A DNA stretch of 64,000 nucleotides from Pelagomonas calceolata (Eukaryota), in contig CAKKNE010000004.1 in NCBI GenBank assembly GCA_918797485.1, positions 4,774,001 to 4,838,000 on the forward strand, in the 5' to 3' direction. Below, one piece after another: positions 62,701 through 64,000 of the stretch. Each line of letters starts with the position of its first letter. Position 1 is the first letter of the stretch. Below the pieces are notes generated by a model. The model ran no database searches. It saw only the letters and a program-made list of their open reading frames with translations, and was not told the DNA's origin. A program made the position numbers and the translations under genes.

Positions 62701-64000
62701 AACATGATACGAGTCCCAGCAACCAAGTGAAGGCACCTTTACCAGTCAAAACGCCGAGGTCGCGCCCGTTCTTTTATCAACATTCACCTCGAGGTTCTTC
62801 TGCACGTCCATCGACGACGTACGACTGGAGAAGCCGATCGTGAGCTTCCGGGCCGTGTCGTCACTCAAACCTTCGAGGTAGTCCATGATGATCGTTGTTT
62901 TTGCCGTGCCCGAGGCGCCGACAAAAAGTACGGGTTTTCGGGGACCGAGTTCCCTCAACAAGTAGGAGAATTTCGTAGAATCGGTCGTGGGCACAATCAC
63001 TTCATAGAACTTGAAGGGAGACGGTTCGACGTACGGCTCGACGCGCGACTCCCACGTCTGCCACCTTTTACTGGAGGCGTCATAGACAGAATCGGTGAGC
63101 ATGCCGTCGGGCAGATTACTCGAGCTAATCTTCTTCACGAAGTCGTTGAACTGCTCCTGGCTACTACCAACCAACGGCGCGCCGACGGACCACGTCACAC
63201 AAAACGCGAAGACGTTTTCGAGCTCATTTATATCTGGCAGACTGTCACCGGCGACGTCGTAGACCGGTCCCAGAAACGCGTCCAGTGCGGTACATAACTG
63301 CTTGACCATGTCTATGCTGGTTACGGGCACGACCATCCTCAACTTGGCTCCCAATTCGCCATCGACGAGTCCTAGTTGGACATAATCAATACAGGGCGGC
63401 ACGTACTGGTCAAATAAACTCTGTAATTGTTCCGCTTCCTCATCCCTATCGCCCGGTATGTCCACGCCGTCGCCGCATCTTTTTCTAAGCCACCGCTCGA
63501 AGAAGGGTCGGTACCTGCGTGGCACGGACACCGTCACGAAACGTGACCGCATCGACGCCGTCGAGGCGGTGCGGTCTCATGAAGGCGCCATCGACGCAAC
63601 TTCAAGTTGAGAAATTGAAGGAAATCACACTGAGTCGGTACCCCAGATTCTTCGGGTCCGCCCAGACCATGCCACATCTCGAGATGGTGGCAGGACTGGC
63701 GTACTGCAGGTCGAAGGTCTCGCAGATCATGCAGCAGTGGGGCTGCAAGCGGATGCGCTCGCCGTTCGGCAGCGTCAACAGCCTGCGCGTGGCTCAAAAA
63801 TGAAAACGAGACCACCCACGGCCTCCTCTGATGGACACGATCTCGATCGATGGCGCCGCGACCGCGTAGCGCGCAGACGCGGCCTCGCGCCGGTTGTCGT
63901 CCATGACGCTATTCATGTTCTCGACCCAGACGGCGTCGACGTCGCCGTCGTAGATGATCCAGCGCATCTCCTTGCCCTCCTTCGCCTTCGGGAGGGGCTC
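53713..64000 (-). CDS. DNAH10: Axonemal inner-arm dynein heavy chain (DNAH10 / I1-alpha-like), 3' portion, 18 exons in the window
   Basis: AAA P-loops GASGTAKT and GVGGSGKQS; 'FIDDMNMP', '[12 protein letters not shown]'; C-terminus '[15 protein letters not shown]...[13 protein letters not shown]'. I checked each splice junction against the dynein reading. Confidence 0.9.
54011..63890 (-). mobile_element. 17 introner-type introns (mostly family B) in the dynein gene
   Basis: 54011-54126, 54247-54459, 55367-55634, 55883-56170, 56836-57046, 57593-57705, 57880-58067, 58407-58597, 59041-59394, 59811-60091(GC), 60268-60472, 60907-61084(GC), 61850-61968, 62309-62450, 62519-62765(GC), 63515-63641, 63783-63890(GC). 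Shared blocks include GTGCG.(A/T)..C(G/C)GCGT, CGCCATCGACGCGAC, GCCGTTCGGACCGCGTC and ATGCTCCGCGCAG. Confidence 0.85.

Noticed and set aside
1..64000. Hundreds of long overlapping or antisense ORFs rich in Arg/Ala/Pro
   Set aside because: These are shadow ORFs expected from very high GC3 and scarce stop codons; they carry no domain motifs.
53713..64000. Fragmented dynein ORFs as a pseudogene
   Set aside because: Every break is explained by a GT-AG or GC-AG intron that restores the conserved reading.
1..64000. tRNA or rRNA genes
   Set aside because: None recognised by eye; tRNAscan-SE or Infernal would be needed to exclude them.

Overview
Gene-dense, GC-rich eukaryotic DNA, most likely from a pelagophyte alga (Pelagomonas/Aureococcus-like; inferred from introner-type introns with 8-bp target-site duplications, plastid-targeted genes and an axonemal dynein). 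About 1.9-22.6 kb is an almost uninterrupted cluster of secretory-pathway glycan-modifying genes: GT90-, GT34-, GT2- and Fringe-like glycosyltransferases, sulfotransferases, a GH79 heparanase-like protein and PKDCC/VLK-like secreted kinases, with recent domain shuffling. 22.9-50 kb is mostly housekeeping genes (MATE, DOT1-like, peptidase S51, PGM3, RPAC2, SLC6, MAF1, a kinesin-3-like gene, DUF1995) plus a 1.4-kb TIR transposon. 50-53.5 kb is an accessory patch with a 138-bp tandem repeat and a spliced Zn-finger/degenerate C5 DNA-methyltransferase-like gene. 53.7 kb to the end is the 3' part of a DNAH10-like dynein with 17 introner-type introns, four of them GC-AG. A bipartite motif, CTAGCG-N(6-10)-ACACTAG, occurs 13 times, always intergenic and upstream of a start codon. 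All family assignments come from motif recognition by eye; no database search was run.
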